A stretch of DNA of 64,000 nucleotides, taken from Acidobacteriota bacterium. Lineage in GTDB: Bacteria > Acidobacteriota > UBA6911 > RPQK01 > JAJDTT01. The stretch covers positions 2,432,001 to 2,496,000 of the forward strand of contig OZ253580.1 in the NCBI GenBank assembly GCA_965263035.1. The letters are read 5' to 3'. The translations under genes and the position numbers were made by a program. The notes under the pieces are model-generated. The model saw only the letters and a program-made list of their open reading frames with translations. It was not told the origin of the DNA and made no database searches. This document shows, piece after piece, positions 1-9,637 of the stretch; within the stretch, counting starts at the first letter, position 1, and each line of letters opens with the position of its first letter.

Positions 1-4
1 GTCC

Positions 5-1363
5 CATAAGAGCTAACTAGATTAATATCCCAGAAAGTGGCTATCAACGTGATTGGACCTTCTCCGGGGAGGTTCTTCCAAGGACGCCGAGATTTCGCGC
101 CATTCGGCGAACATGCGTCTCAGGGAATACGCCGGTTCGATGGCTCGCGTGACTTGGTTCAATGCGAATTTGAAGTCACGCCACGGGCTGGGAGTCCTGT
201 CCGGTCGCGACGTCGTATCCCCAGGGGGAAATGGTCCGCGCATGGCGGACCACCTTTTCGACCAGCAGCGCCACCAGCAGCTTGCCGTACAACCAGGCCT
301 GGGCGCTTGCCTCATCGTGCTTCGGCAGGTGCCCGAGCTGGGCCAGGGACTTGAAGCGCTTGAAGACCAGTTCGACTTGCCAGCGCAGGCGGTACCACTC
401 CAGCACTTCGGCCGCTGGGAATTTCTCCGCTGGGTAGGTTGTGAAAACGATGACGAAGCGCGCGAACCGCAGGGTTTCGGGCTGGACCTGCTTGCCCTTG
501 CGCTGAGCCGTCCGACGGATCTTGGCATGCGCGACTTCGATGGCTTCGCCGGTCTTGCGCACCGCGCAGATCCGGCCCGCCACGGGTGGCCCGGACCGGG
601 CCACTGTGCGGACCCTCCAACTGCCGACCGGCCCCGGTCGCAGCAGCGTTTCCACGGCTGCGAGCAGGTCGAACGCTTGGCCGGCCTCGGTTTCCAGCAG
701 CAGCGATCCGGTGTTCACGCGCACCGTCACGGACCCTCCGCCAGCCGCGACGTGCTGAATCCCGACCGCAGTCGAGTAGCCGCGGTCGGCCAGCACGTAG
801 TCGCCCGGCCGGATCGGGAACTGCCTGAACGACTCGCTAGTGCCGCGCCCCTGCGTCGCGGTCAGCTTGAAGAAATCACAGCCGAGCGAAGGCAGGTTGA
901 CGCTGTAGTGAAGGCGCCACACCGACCCGGTCCGGCCGGGCTCGCGCACGGTCGTCGCATCGAACGCCCGCACTTGGAAGCCGGCGCTCTTCGACACCGC
1001 GATGCCATGCTCCCGGAACAGTTCCACGCAGAGGGCGTAGAGCCAGTCGCGGGATTTCCTCAGCCGCTTGAGCAGGGCCACGTCGGACAAATCGGCCAGG
1101 CTCGCTTGCCGAGCCCGCACCACGGTTTCGCGCAAGGAATGCCCGCAGCCGAGATGGATCAGCAGGGTACGCAGCAGGTTTTCCGGCGACTTGTCCTTGC
1201 GCAGTCCCTTCAGGGCTCCGGTCGAGGCCGCCAGATCCAGCCAATTGGCTGGGAAAAATGACACCAGCAAGTCCCAGTCCTCATTCGCAGCCGCATTTAC
1301 TACCGTTCCGCTCATGCCCTCACTATACAAGATAGCGGTCAGGCAATCAGATTAGCGCTTATG
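5..1363 (-). mobile_element. IS4-family (IS186/IS421-like) insertion sequence
   Basis: Terminal inverted repeats CATAAGAGCTAA (5-16) and TTAGCGCTTATG (1352-1363) resemble IS186 ends; encloses a DDE transposase; the right flank GGACGGCGTCC ends in GTCC, matching positions 1-4 (partial target duplication). Confidence 0.85.
176..1330 (-). CDS. IS4-family DDE transposase
   Basis: Motifs FDAT, LADRGY and the YREK signature YRLRWQVELVFKRFKS. Confidence 0.9.
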   Translation of the reverse strand: MYSEGMSGTVVNAAANEDWDLLVSFFPANWLDLAASTGALKGLRKDKSPENLLRTLLIHLGCGHSLRETVVRARQASLADLSDVALLKRLRKSRDWLYALCVELFREHGIAVSKSAGFQVRAFDATTVREPGRTGSVWRLHYSVNLPSLGCDFFKLTATQGRGTSESFRQFPIRPGDYVLADRGYSTAVGIQHVAAGGGSVTVRVNTGSLLLETEAGQAFDLLAAVETLLRPGPVGSWRVRTVARSGPPVAGRICAVRKTGEAIEVAHAKIRRTAQRKGKQVQPETLRFARFVIVFTTYPAEKFPAAEVLEWYRLRWQVELVFKRFKSLAQLGHLPKHDEASAQAWLYGKLLVALLVEKVVRHARTISPWGYDVATGQDSQPVA

Positions 1364-1502
1364 GGACGGCGTCCCCTCTACACTTGCCGCCTACCGAATC
1401 GCATAGCAACTACAGAAGAGCCGGCGGCAAGAAAGCCGCCTCTCCCAGTAGGCGACAAGAAAGTCGCCTCTCCCAGTGGGCGACTGGAAAGTCGCCCCTC
1501 CT
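1364..1502. repeat. Composite REP module (GGGG-N7-CCCC hairpin, linker and 3 REP hairpins)
   Basis: GGCGGCAAGAAAGCCGCC, GGCGACAAGAAAGTCGCC and GGCGACTGGAAAGTCGCC units; the same linker (CTCTACACTTGC...GAATCGCATAGCAAC) occurs at 15140-15200. Confidence 0.85.
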
Positions 1503-1512
1503 ATTTTCTTTC

Positions 1513-1542
1513 TTGACAACTCCGATCGGAATACTGAATAAT
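1513..1542 (+). promoter_or_regulatory. Candidate sigma-70 promoter with palindromic operator upstream of cysH
   Basis: TTGACA (1513-1518), palindrome TCCGATCGGA (1521-1530), AATAAT (1537-1542). Confidence 0.35.
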
Positions 1543-1568
1543 GCGCCGCGTCGTCGGAAGACACGGTC

Positions 1569-2297
1569 ATGGAGACACAGATTCAACCCAATGCCTCGCC
1601 CTTGCCGGCCCCGGCTGAAATGATGTCAGCCGAGGAACTGGTGGCTTGGGCGTTGGATCGGTGGCACCCCCGGATCGCCGTCTGCACCAGTTTTCAGGCG
1701 GAGGGGATGGTGATTCTGGATCTGTGCTGGCGCTATCGCAAGGACGTTCGGGTCATGACCATCGACACGGGACGGCTCCCGGCCGAAACCTACGAAATGA
1801 TGGATCGCATCCGGGATCACTATGGGATCCGGCCGGAGGTCTTCTTCCCTCATGCCGAGAGCGTGGAAACCATGGTGCAGGAATCCGGCGCGAACCTCTT
1901 TTACCGATCCCGGGAAGAGCGCAAGCGCTGTTGCCGCGTCCGAAAGGTGGAGCCATTGGCACGGATGCTTCAACCTCTGGATGCCTGGATGGTCGGCTTG
2001 AGGCGGGATCAGTCTTCGAGCCGCGCCGGCGTCTGCAAGCTGGAGACCGATTGGGAGCACGGCTCCAAGATCAAGCTGAGTCCGCTTGCGGATTGGACCC
2101 ACGATCAGGTCTGGAACTATATCCGACGAAACCGGGTTCCGTATCATCCTTTGTATGACCAGGGTTACGGAAGCATCGGCTGTGCCCCCTGCAGTCGTGC
2201 TCTTCGTCCCGGCGAGCACCCACGCGCCGGACGCTGGTGGTGGGAACAGGGAAGCGCCCGGGAATGCGGGATCCACTGTTTTCAGAAAACCGACTGA
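1569..2297 (+). CDS. cysH: APS/PAPS reductase (probably the Fe-S APS-reductase type)
   Basis: IDTG, CCRVRKVEPL, SIGCAPC, GRWWWE and ECGIH motifs; the CC plus CxxC cysteines mark the cluster-binding type. Confidence 0.92.
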   Translation: METQIQPNASPLPAPAEMMSAEELVAWALDRWHPRIAVCTSFQAEGMVILDLCWRYRKDVRVMTIDTGRLPAETYEMMDRIRDHYGIRPEVFFPHAESVETMVQESGANLFYRSREERKRCCRVRKVEPLARMLQPLDAWMVGLRRDQSSSRAGVCKLETDWEHGSKIKLSPLADWTHDQVWNYIRRNRVPYHPLYDQGYGSIGCAPCSRALRPGEHPRAGRWWWEQGSARECGIHCFQKTD

Positions 2298-2325
2298 TCG
2301 CTGAACCTCCATTCGGGAACCCTTC

Positions 2326-4086
2326 ATGAGCATCATGCCGCCCTCCCAGGCGCGGGCGCACGGCTCCAGCCCGAAGACCAGACTGATCTCCCCCTGGGGA
2401 GATCGACTCGTGGATCTTCTGGCCAGTCCTGAGGAATCCGAAGAACTCAGGGCTCGGGCGTCCTATCTCCCTTCCCTTCAGTTGTCCCGGCGGACTGCGC
2501 TGGACCTGGAGCTCATGGCATCCGGGGCCTTCTCCCCTCTGACCCGTTTCATGAACCGCGCCGACCACGAACGGGTGTTGGGGGAGATGCGGCTGGCGGC
2601 GGGCGCCCTCTTTCCCGTTCCCGTCGTACTTCCCGCCGCAGTCTCGCCGGAGATTCGGCTGGATACCGAGATCGCGCTCCGGGACTCCAGGAACGACTTG
2701 CTGGCGATCATGACGGTGGAGGAGATCTACGAGTGGGACGTCCGGGAGACGGCAAAGGGAGTGCTCGGCACTCTGGACATGCGGCACCCTCTGGTCGCCG
2801 AAATGCATGGCTGGGGCGAAGTCAACCTGTCAGGACGGCTCAAGGTGCTGCCCCCGCCCCGCCGGCCCGACTTTGCCGAGTTGCGACTGACGCCGAGTCA
2901 AACCCGTGCCCGCCTGCTGGAGATGAATTTTCCCGACGTGGTCGCCTTTCAGACCCGGAACCCTCTGCACCGGGCTCATGAGGAGCTGACTCGCCGGGCC
3001 ATGGAGGAGACCGGAGGCGCCTTGCTGCTGCATCCCGTCGTGGGCATGACCCGCCCCGGCGACGTGGACCACTACACTCGGGTCCGCACCTACAGGGTGC
3101 TGGCCCGCGACTACTACGACTCCCGCCGGGTGCTCCTGAGCCTGCTCCCCTTGGCCATGCGGATGGCCGGTCCCCGCGAGGCCCTTTGGCACGCTCTGAT
3201 TCGAAGAAACTACGGCGCCAACGCTCTGATCGTCGGCCGGGACCACGCCAGTCCGGGAACGGGACGGGGTGGCCTTCCTTTTTACGAACCATACGAGGCG
3301 CAGGAACTGGTGCGGCGTTTCAGCGGCGAGACGGGAGTGAGGATGATTCCCTTCCGGCAACTGGTCTATCTGCCGGACGAGGACCGATACGAGGAGGTCG
3401 GCCGCGGGCACCCCGCGACTCGGACAGCGTCCATCTCAGGATCCCAGGTTCGGGACGACTATCTGCGGAAGGGCCGCGACCTTCCCCACTGGTTCACACG
3501 TCCCGAGGTGGCGGACATTCTGGCCGAAGCTTACCCGCCGCGCCACCGCCAGGGAGTCTGTATCTGGCTCACCGGATTGAGTGGCTCCGGGAAGTCGACG
3601 ACGGCCCAGGTCCTCACCGTTCTCCTTCAGGAGCATGGGAGAAGGGTCACGGTTCTGGACGGCGACATGGTCCGGACCCATCTCTCCAAAGGACTGGGCT
3701 TCAGCAAGGAGGACCGGGACACCAACATTCTTCGCATCGGCTTCGTGGCAGCCGAGATCGTCCGGCATGGAGGCACGGTGATCTGCGCCGCCGTGAGTCC
3801 GTATCGGGAGACCCGGAATCAGGTCCGGTCCATGGTGGGAAGCGGCCATTTCGTGGAAGTGTTCGTGGACACTCCCCTGGAGGTCTGCGAGGAGCGGGAC
3901 GCCAAGGGCATGTACGCCAAGGCCCGGCGCGGAGAGATTCGCGGATTCACCGGCATCGACGACCCCTACGAGTCTCCCCGGGACCCTGAAATCACCCTGG
4001 ACACGGTGCGCCATTCACCTCAGTTGAATGCTCAGGCAATACTGGACCACTTGCGGCGGCGGGGCTACGTCCGACCGGCGGAATAG
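2326..4086 (+). CDS. sat: Bifunctional sulfate adenylyltransferase / adenylylsulfate kinase
   Basis: QTRNPLHRAH and GRDHA ATP-sulfurylase motifs; C-terminal APS kinase with GLSGSGKST and LDGD. Confidence 0.93.
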   Translation: MSIMPPSQARAHGSSPKTRLISPWGDRLVDLLASPEESEELRARASYLPSLQLSRRTALDLELMASGAFSPLTRFMNRADHERVLGEMRLAAGALFPVPVVLPAAVSPEIRLDTEIALRDSRNDLLAIMTVEEIYEWDVRETAKGVLGTLDMRHPLVAEMHGWGEVNLSGRLKVLPPPRRPDFAELRLTPSQTRARLLEMNFPDVVAFQTRNPLHRAHEELTRRAMEETGGALLLHPVVGMTRPGDVDHYTRVRTYRVLARDYYDSRRVLLSLLPLAMRMAGPREALWHALIRRNYGANALIVGRDHASPGTGRGGLPFYEPYEAQELVRRFSGETGVRMIPFRQLVYLPDEDRYEEVGRGHPATRTASISGSQVRDDYLRKGRDLPHWFTRPEVADILAEAYPPRHRQGVCIWLTGLSGSGKSTTAQVLTVLLQEHGRRVTVLDGDMVRTHLSKGLGFSKEDRDTNILRIGFVAAEIVRHGGTVICAAVSPYRETRNQVRSMVGSGHFVEVFVDTPLEVCEERDAKGMYAKARRGEIRGFTGIDDPYESPRDPEITLDTVRHSPQLNAQAILDHLRRRGYVRPAE

Positions 4087-4143
4087 GACCCGGAACCTGA
4101 CAAGGTCGGGGTGAACGATCCGGTCCGGCGTCCGGCAGGAATC

Positions 4144-4219
4144 TGGTGGAGGTAATCGGATTCGAACCGACGACCCCCTGCTTGCAAAGCAGGTGCTCTT
4201 CCAACTGAGCTATACCCCC
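4144..4219 (-). tRNA. tRNA-Ala(TGC)
   Basis: GGGGGTATAGCTCAG...TTGCAA...GGTTCGAATCC...TACCTCCACCA cloverleaf, 76 nt. Confidence 0.97.
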
Positions 4220-4402
4220 ACCCTGGACCGAGAAATCTATAGCGAAAATCGCCGGAGCAATTGGCTTGCGTCCCCGGCGATTCACCCTATGAGCGTCCAG
4301 TTTAGCAGCCCCGGACAACGTGCGTCTCGGTCCGGAGCGGCGACCCTTAGTCGTCGAACTCCGGTGAAGCCATGGGGGGGGAGGGCGACTGGGCGACGGG
4401 AA

Positions 4403-5044
4403 GTCGCGGTAGGGACGCCGGTTGCCCAGCGCCCCCCGCGCAGATCCGTGCGTGCCCGTTAAGGCACACGGCTCCTACCTCAGGTAATGACGGCAGGTCG
4501 CGACGCCCGCCGTATCCGACCCCCGCCTGTGTCACGGTAGCCCGGCTCTGAGTCCGGTCCGTACTTTGGTGAGCCGAATTCCCCTTGGTTCCACCCCTTC
4601 GCTCCACCGACTCCGCAGAGAGTTCCCCCTCCTTGTTCGCCCGCTTCATCACTACTATGGGTGAATCCGATTGCTTCCTCTCTCCCCTCATGGGTTACGG
4701 CTTTCCCCTTTCCCACAAGGCCCCGGCTTTCGCCGGGGAGAGAGTAAGCCCTCCCAGGTCCCGACACCAGATGTACGTACGTGCATGGGTTCTTTGACAC
4801 CGCAGAGCCCGGCTGCCCCTCACCCTGGCGGTCCAGCCGGTGTTGCCTTCGACCGCGACTACAGCCTCGGCACTTCCGATCAGGGAGCTTTCGATGCTCA
4901 ATAGCCTGCCCATACGCACCGCTACCGACGCTTCGCCGACACCCTCACGGGTGCCCACGCACGGCTCGCGGAGAAACGTGGATGGTTAGTCCTTCGTTTC
5001 AGCGGACTTTCACCGCCTATCTTGTGCCAGTTAGCCTGGCGCAC
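4403..5044 (-). mobile_element. ORF-less group II intron, family A (IIB-like), copy A1, inserted in a REP
   Basis: 5' GUGCG; D5 GAGCCGUGUGCCUUAACGGGCACGCACGGAUCU (AGC triad); D6 ending ...CCGCGAC; 642 nt with no RT ORF; flanks rejoin to GGGCGACGGGAA|AGCCGCCGCTCC. Confidence 0.9.
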
Positions 5045-5059
5045 AGCCGCCGCTCCAAG

Positions 5060-7042
5060 TCACCCAGAGACGGTGCGGGGCCGGGTGAAGGGTTCTTCCA
5101 GGTATTTGCTTGCCTCGGCCTGGGCTCCATTGTAATCGATCTTGCTGTTTGCGGCTTTTCGGTATTCCGACTTGGCCCGCTCCCGCTGTCCCAGAATGTC
5201 GTAGATCTTTCCCAGGTGGATGTGGATCCAGGTCTCGATCCAGGGAGGATTCAGGTTCCCGTTGAGCGACTCCCGGAAGGCGTTGGCCGAATTGGAGAAG
5301 CTGTGCTGCTGGAAGAACACCTCACCCAGCCGATAGCTGGCCATGGAGCTTCTGGGGTCCATCTCCTGGGCCTTCTCGAACTCCTGAATCGCCGCCACGA
5401 ACTCCGACTTTCGCTGGTAGTCCTCGCCCAGCGCGATGTGGACCAGGACTCGCATCCGGTCCGAATCGTTCAGGATCTTCCCGTTGGGATCCACTATCAC
5501 CCGGAGGGGCCGGTCCTTCATATCGAGCTTGAACGAGGTGGAGCGGCCCCCGATGACAAATTTGTCGTCCTTGGCTTCGCCCTTGGTCTCGATTCGCAGG
5601 TCGGCCGGCATGCGGAAGAGGTCGATGTCCTGCTGCACCTGCCCGCGGATCTGGAAGTTCCCGTCTCTCATCTTGTAGATGTTGTAGTCGATCTTGAACT
5701 CGGGGACTCCGACCGACTCGACCCACTGGACGAAAAACCAGCCGTAGTCTTCGCCGGTCTTCCGTTGGACGAAGCCGACGAAGTCCTGGGTGCCGGTCTC
5801 CTGGTTTTTCCGCTCCTGGTACCAGTCCTTGAAATATCCGTTGAAATCGTCGCGGCCGATGAGCTGACCCAACATGTAGAGCACCCAGGCCCCCTTGCTT
5901 CCGACGATGGATTCGTACTGGTCGGAGCCGGGTTTGAAGGTGATGCCCTCGGTGATGGGCGCCAGCTTCTGGTGCTTCATGGCTTCCACCGCCTCACGTG
6001 CCAACGCGGCACGAAAATCGTCGGCGTGGTTCATCTCCATGTAGCGGAGAGCGGCATAGGTACAGAAGCCTTCGCGGAGGAAGACGTCCCGATACCCCTT
6101 CAGGCGCGCCGAGTAGCCCCACCAATGACGGGCCAGCCGTTTCGCCAACTCCATCACCGGCATCCGCTTGGCCTCGAGCAGTCCGGATTCCAGCAATATC
6201 AGGCCGAACGACCCGGAGGTCTCCAATTCCACCTTGCCCACCGCAACCAGGTCCAGACTGGACAGCGGGCTGGGTCCGTACTCCTGGTTGAAGAATTCCA
6301 GAATCTTTCCGATCTCCTGGGCCCAGGGAGCCAAATCGTCCGTGAAGTCCTCCCTTACGTGGAAGCTGACCGGGACCGGACCCTCATTGAAGGTCTGACG
6401 GAGAAATTGGGAGACCACCACGGGGATCTCGGTCAGGGGAAAGTCACTCGACCAATTGAAGACTTCGGTGACGCCCTCGGTTCGGATCGACTCCAGGCGG
6501 CCGGGCGCTACAGCCGAGAATCCGAGGGGAACCCGGACCGACACCCTGGCCGTTGCCGAGTCCAAGGGAAGCAGGTGCTGCGGGAACCAGCGGCCTTCGG
6601 TCAGGAGCAGGGCTCCGTCGGGGGAGATCACGGCCTTCTCGGTACGAGCGACATTCAGGAAGGCGAATTCATCGCCTTCCAGATTCCCCTCGATCCGGAA
6701 GCTGAGCGTCACCTCGGCCCCCGGATTGAGGGACTTGGGACCCTGAACCCTCATATTCTTCTGGCTCAGGTCGTCGAATCGGGTCGAGTATCGGTTCCCG
6801 TCCTGGTCCGTAGTCTCCAGAATGCTGAGCTGGTTGTTGAAATCGAAGGGAATGCTGAGGATGTTCTCCAAGACCTTGAAGGTGACCCGGGCCGTCCCCT
6901 GCAAGAAACGCTCCTGGGGATCCACCTCTACCTCGATGTCGTAATGGCTCACATCCAACAGACGGGGGCCGGTGGGAACCGTCTCCGCCCAGGCCAGAGC
7001 ATTCCCCAGAACCAGAAGAAAAAACGCAGTCAGCACTTTCAT
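5060..7042 (-). CDS. Secreted M1-aminopeptidase-like protein with C-terminal TPRs (catalytic motif degenerate)
   Basis: Signal peptide MKVLTAFFLL; HYDIEVEVDP N-domain; KRLARHWWG in place of HExxH; LREGFCTY; TPR-like repeats at the C-terminus. Confidence 0.75.
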   Translation of the reverse strand: MKVLTAFFLLVLGNALAWAETVPTGPRLLDVSHYDIEVEVDPQERFLQGTARVTFKVLENILSIPFDFNNQLSILETTDQDGNRYSTRFDDLSQKNMRVQGPKSLNPGAEVTLSFRIEGNLEGDEFAFLNVARTEKAVISPDGALLLTEGRWFPQHLLPLDSATARVSVRVPLGFSAVAPGRLESIRTEGVTEVFNWSSDFPLTEIPVVVSQFLRQTFNEGPVPVSFHVREDFTDDLAPWAQEIGKILEFFNQEYGPSPLSSLDLVAVGKVELETSGSFGLILLESGLLEAKRMPVMELAKRLARHWWGYSARLKGYRDVFLREGFCTYAALRYMEMNHADDFRAALAREAVEAMKHQKLAPITEGITFKPGSDQYESIVGSKGAWVLYMLGQLIGRDDFNGYFKDWYQERKNQETGTQDFVGFVQRKTGEDYGWFFVQWVESVGVPEFKIDYNIYKMRDGNFQIRGQVQQDIDLFRMPADLRIETKGEAKDDKFVIGGRSTSFKLDMKDRPLRVIVDPNGKILNDSDRMRVLVHIALGEDYQRKSEFVAAIQEFEKAQEMDPRSSMASYRLGEVFFQQHSFSNSANAFRESLNGNLNPPWIETWIHIHLGKIYDILGQRERAKSEYRKAANSKIDYNGAQAEASKYLEEPFTRPRTVSG

Positions 7043-7046
7043 GGCA

Positions 7047-8201
7047 TCACTCCTGCAGATAACGGCGGACCTGCATCGCGGCTTCACGATACGCGTTCTG
7101 CCGGCCCAGACGGCCGGCGGCCTGTCCCAATTTCTTCCTGACGCTCGCCCTCTCCCCCTCGTCAGTGAGGAGCCGTATCAGATAGCGGCCGATGGTCCGT
7201 CCCCGGGCTTGCCACTGAATGAACTCGGGTACGATGCGTTCGCCCATGATCAGGTTGGTCAGAGAGTAGGTCCGGGTCCGGACCAGCAGACGGGCGAATA
7301 TCCATGTCGGCCACGACATCCGGTAGACCATGGCGAACGGAACGCGCAGCAACGTGGCTTCCAATGTAGAGGTTCCACTTTTGATTATGGCACAGTCGGT
7401 CCGGGGCAGGACTTGGGCCGTATCCTCCTCCCGAAACTCCAGGGGCAAGGGCTTGCCTCGACTTCCCAGCCAGCGCCGGTAGACTCTCTTCAACTCCTCG
7501 AGCGGGACGTCCGGAGCCTTGACCACCCAGAACCGGGCCTGGCAACGGCGGGAAGCGTATCGGGCCGCGTCCAGCAACCGCGGGAAGATTCGCCGCACTT
7601 CCTGGATCCGGCTGCCCGGCAACAAGGCCACCACCGGTTCCTCCCGGGGTCCGGAACCGCCACCGGGCGCCACTTCTCGAAGCCGCTCCAACGACGGATT
7701 CCCCACGTAGTGAGCGTTGACGCCCCGAGACCGAAAGTATTCCTGCTCGAAGGGGAAGACGGCCAACACGAGGTCCACGTCCCTCCGAATCTGGCTGACG
7801 CGCGAAGAGCGCCAAGCCCAGACCTGGGGTGCAATGAAGTATACGACCGTCACACCCGCCTGTTTCAAGCGGCGGGCCAGCCTCAGATTGAAGTCGGGGA
7901 AATCGACCAGGATGGCGAGTCGGGTCCGGCGCAACCGGACCTCCCGGAGAATGTTCCGATACAGCTTCCAATAGCTGCAGAGATTCCCAGCCGCCTCCCA
8001 GGGGCCGATGGCGGCAAGTCTGGAAACGTCCTCCAGCAGGTCGACGCCTGCCTGGGACATCTTTTGGCTTCCGCTGCCGAACCACTGGATTCGGACCCCG
8101 GGGCAGAGCCGGTCGACTTCCCGGACCAGGGCCGCGGCGTGCTGTTCGCCGGAGGTTTCTCCGGCTACCACCAGAACGGAGACTCTTGGAATCACATCCA
8201 T
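7047..8201 (-). CDS. lpxB: Lipid-A-disaccharide synthase
   Basis: VAGETSG, VDFPDFN, APQVWAWR, LLPGSR and SGTSTLE motifs. Confidence 0.93.
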   Translation of the reverse strand: MDVIPRVSVLVVAGETSGEQHAAALVREVDRLCPGVRIQWFGSGSQKMSQAGVDLLEDVSRLAAIGPWEAAGNLCSYWKLYRNILREVRLRRTRLAILVDFPDFNLRLARRLKQAGVTVVYFIAPQVWAWRSSRVSQIRRDVDLVLAVFPFEQEYFRSRGVNAHYVGNPSLERLREVAPGGGSGPREEPVVALLPGSRIQEVRRIFPRLLDAARYASRRCQARFWVVKAPDVPLEELKRVYRRWLGSRGKPLPLEFREEDTAQVLPRTDCAIIKSGTSTLEATLLRVPFAMVYRMSWPTWIFARLLVRTRTYSLTNLIMGERIVPEFIQWQARGRTIGRYLIRLLTDEGERASVRKKLGQAAGRLGRQNAYREAAMQVRRYLQE

Positions 8202-8295
8202 TGGACTGGACGGGGCGCCGGAAGTTTCATGCGGCTGCGATGTTTCGCGGAAGGTCATATCGGCCTGCAGCGAAAGTCGGTGACCGGTGGTCCCG

Positions 8296-8347
8296 GTCGG
8301 CGGTTGGAAACCACCGTTCCTGTCCAGCGATTGGAAATCGCCGCTCC
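8296..8347. repeat. Two REP hairpins (TGGAAA loop type)
   Basis: GGCGGTTGGAAACCACCGTTCC and GCGATTGGAAATCGCCGCTCC directly after the mnmA stop. Confidence 0.7.
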
Positions 8348-8350
8348 GCG

Positions 8351-9490
8351 CTACCGGATCCGCTCCCGAATCCAGCCTCCGCCCAGGACCCGGTCACCCT
8401 GGTAGAAGACCGTTGCCTGACCGGGGGAGACCGACATCTGAGGAGCGTCGAAGACGACACGCGCCACTCCTCGTCCGTTCTCGCCTGCCGCCGTCCCGCA
8501 GCTGATCTCCGCGGGGGCCTCGGCGTGCCGGGAACGGATCTTGACCGAGGCCCGGACCGGGCGCCGGGGCGTCCGTCCCGAGATCCAATGGACACGCTCG
8601 GCCACCAGACCCGTGCTGAACAGCTCCTCCTTGTAACCGACGATCACGGCGTTCCTCCCCCGGTCCAGACGCAGGACGTACAGAGGCCGTGGATGCGAGA
8701 TGCCCAAGCCCCGCCTCTGTCCCACCGTGAATCGAAACAGTCCCCGGTGAGTCCCCACCCTCGAACCATCCCCCATGAGCACCGGCCCGGGACGCTGCTG
8801 CTCCTGCAGGACCGGCAGAAAACTCTGATCCACCTCTTTGGCCTGCCGGCGAATGAAGTCCGTGTAGTTGCCGCCGGAGACGAAACAGATTTCCTGGCTC
8901 TCCGGTTTGTCGGCCGTGATCAATCCGTTGGCGCGGGCAAGGTCCCGAACCGCCGCCTTGGGATACTCCCCCACGGGAAAGAGCGTCCGGGCCAATTGAT
9001 CCTGGTTGAGCTCAAAAAGAAAATAGGACTGGTCTTTGTCCGGGTCCCGGGCCTTCAGGAGCACGTGGCCGTCATCCTGGTCGTGATCCACCCGAACGTA
9101 GTGACCGGTGGCCACCCGCTGGAGACCGATCTGCCGGGCGAATTCCATCAACCGGTCGAACTTGACGAAGGTATTGCAGAGCACGCAGGGAGACGGAGTC
9201 CTGCCCTCCAGGTACTCTCCGATGAAGGTCCGGATGACCCTTTCCCGAAAGACCTTTTCCATGTTGACGACGTAAAACGGCAGCGACAACCGTTCGGCCA
9301 CCCGGCGCGCGTCGTAGGCGTCGTCCAGCGAGCAGCAACGGCCGGACCGGACCGCCGTTCCCTGCGGGTCCTTGCGGTGGTCCCACAGCCGCATGGTGCA
9401 ACCCACGATGTCGTAGCCCGCGTCCTTGAGCAGGACCGCGGCGGCAGAGCTGTCCACACCGCCGCTCATGGCCAGAAGAACTCGCTCCAT
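8351..9490 (-). CDS. mnmA: tRNA 2-thiouridine(34) synthase
   Basis: AMSGGVDSS, TPSPCVLCN, ATGHY, KDQSYFL, SQEICF and TVGQRRGL motifs. Confidence 0.96.
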   Translation of the reverse strand: MERVLLAMSGGVDSSAAAVLLKDAGYDIVGCTMRLWDHRKDPQGTAVRSGRCCSLDDAYDARRVAERLSLPFYVVNMEKVFRERVIRTFIGEYLEGRTPSPCVLCNTFVKFDRLMEFARQIGLQRVATGHYVRVDHDQDDGHVLLKARDPDKDQSYFLFELNQDQLARTLFPVGEYPKAAVRDLARANGLITADKPESQEICFVSGGNYTDFIRRQAKEVDQSFLPVLQEQQRPGPVLMGDGSRVGTHRGLFRFTVGQRRGLGISHPRPLYVLRLDRGRNAVIVGYKEELFSTGLVAERVHWISGRTPRRPVRASVKIRSRHAEAPAEISCGTAAGENGRGVARVVFDAPQMSVSPGQATVFYQGDRVLGGGWIRERIR

Positions 9491-9637
9491 GGTTGCCGAT
9501 CACTCCCTTCTTGGTTCCGATCCACGACTTGGCAGCCCGGGACAAGAACCGGCGACCACAAGGGCCGCCCTTGTCGCTTCCGTTTGCCCTTTGGTTCCCG
9601 GAGCGGACCCAATCCGGATTCTACCGGGGACGATCGA

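Noticed and set aside
4144-5044. Integrative element or prophage attached at tRNA-Ala
   Set aside because: No integrase and no duplicated tRNA 3' end seen; the neighbouring element is a group II intron inside a REP.
9551-9577. GGCGACCACAAGGGCCGCCC hairpin as a member of the main REP family
   Set aside because: Different loop and foot, and only one copy in this window; it may belong to another REP class but cannot be supported here.
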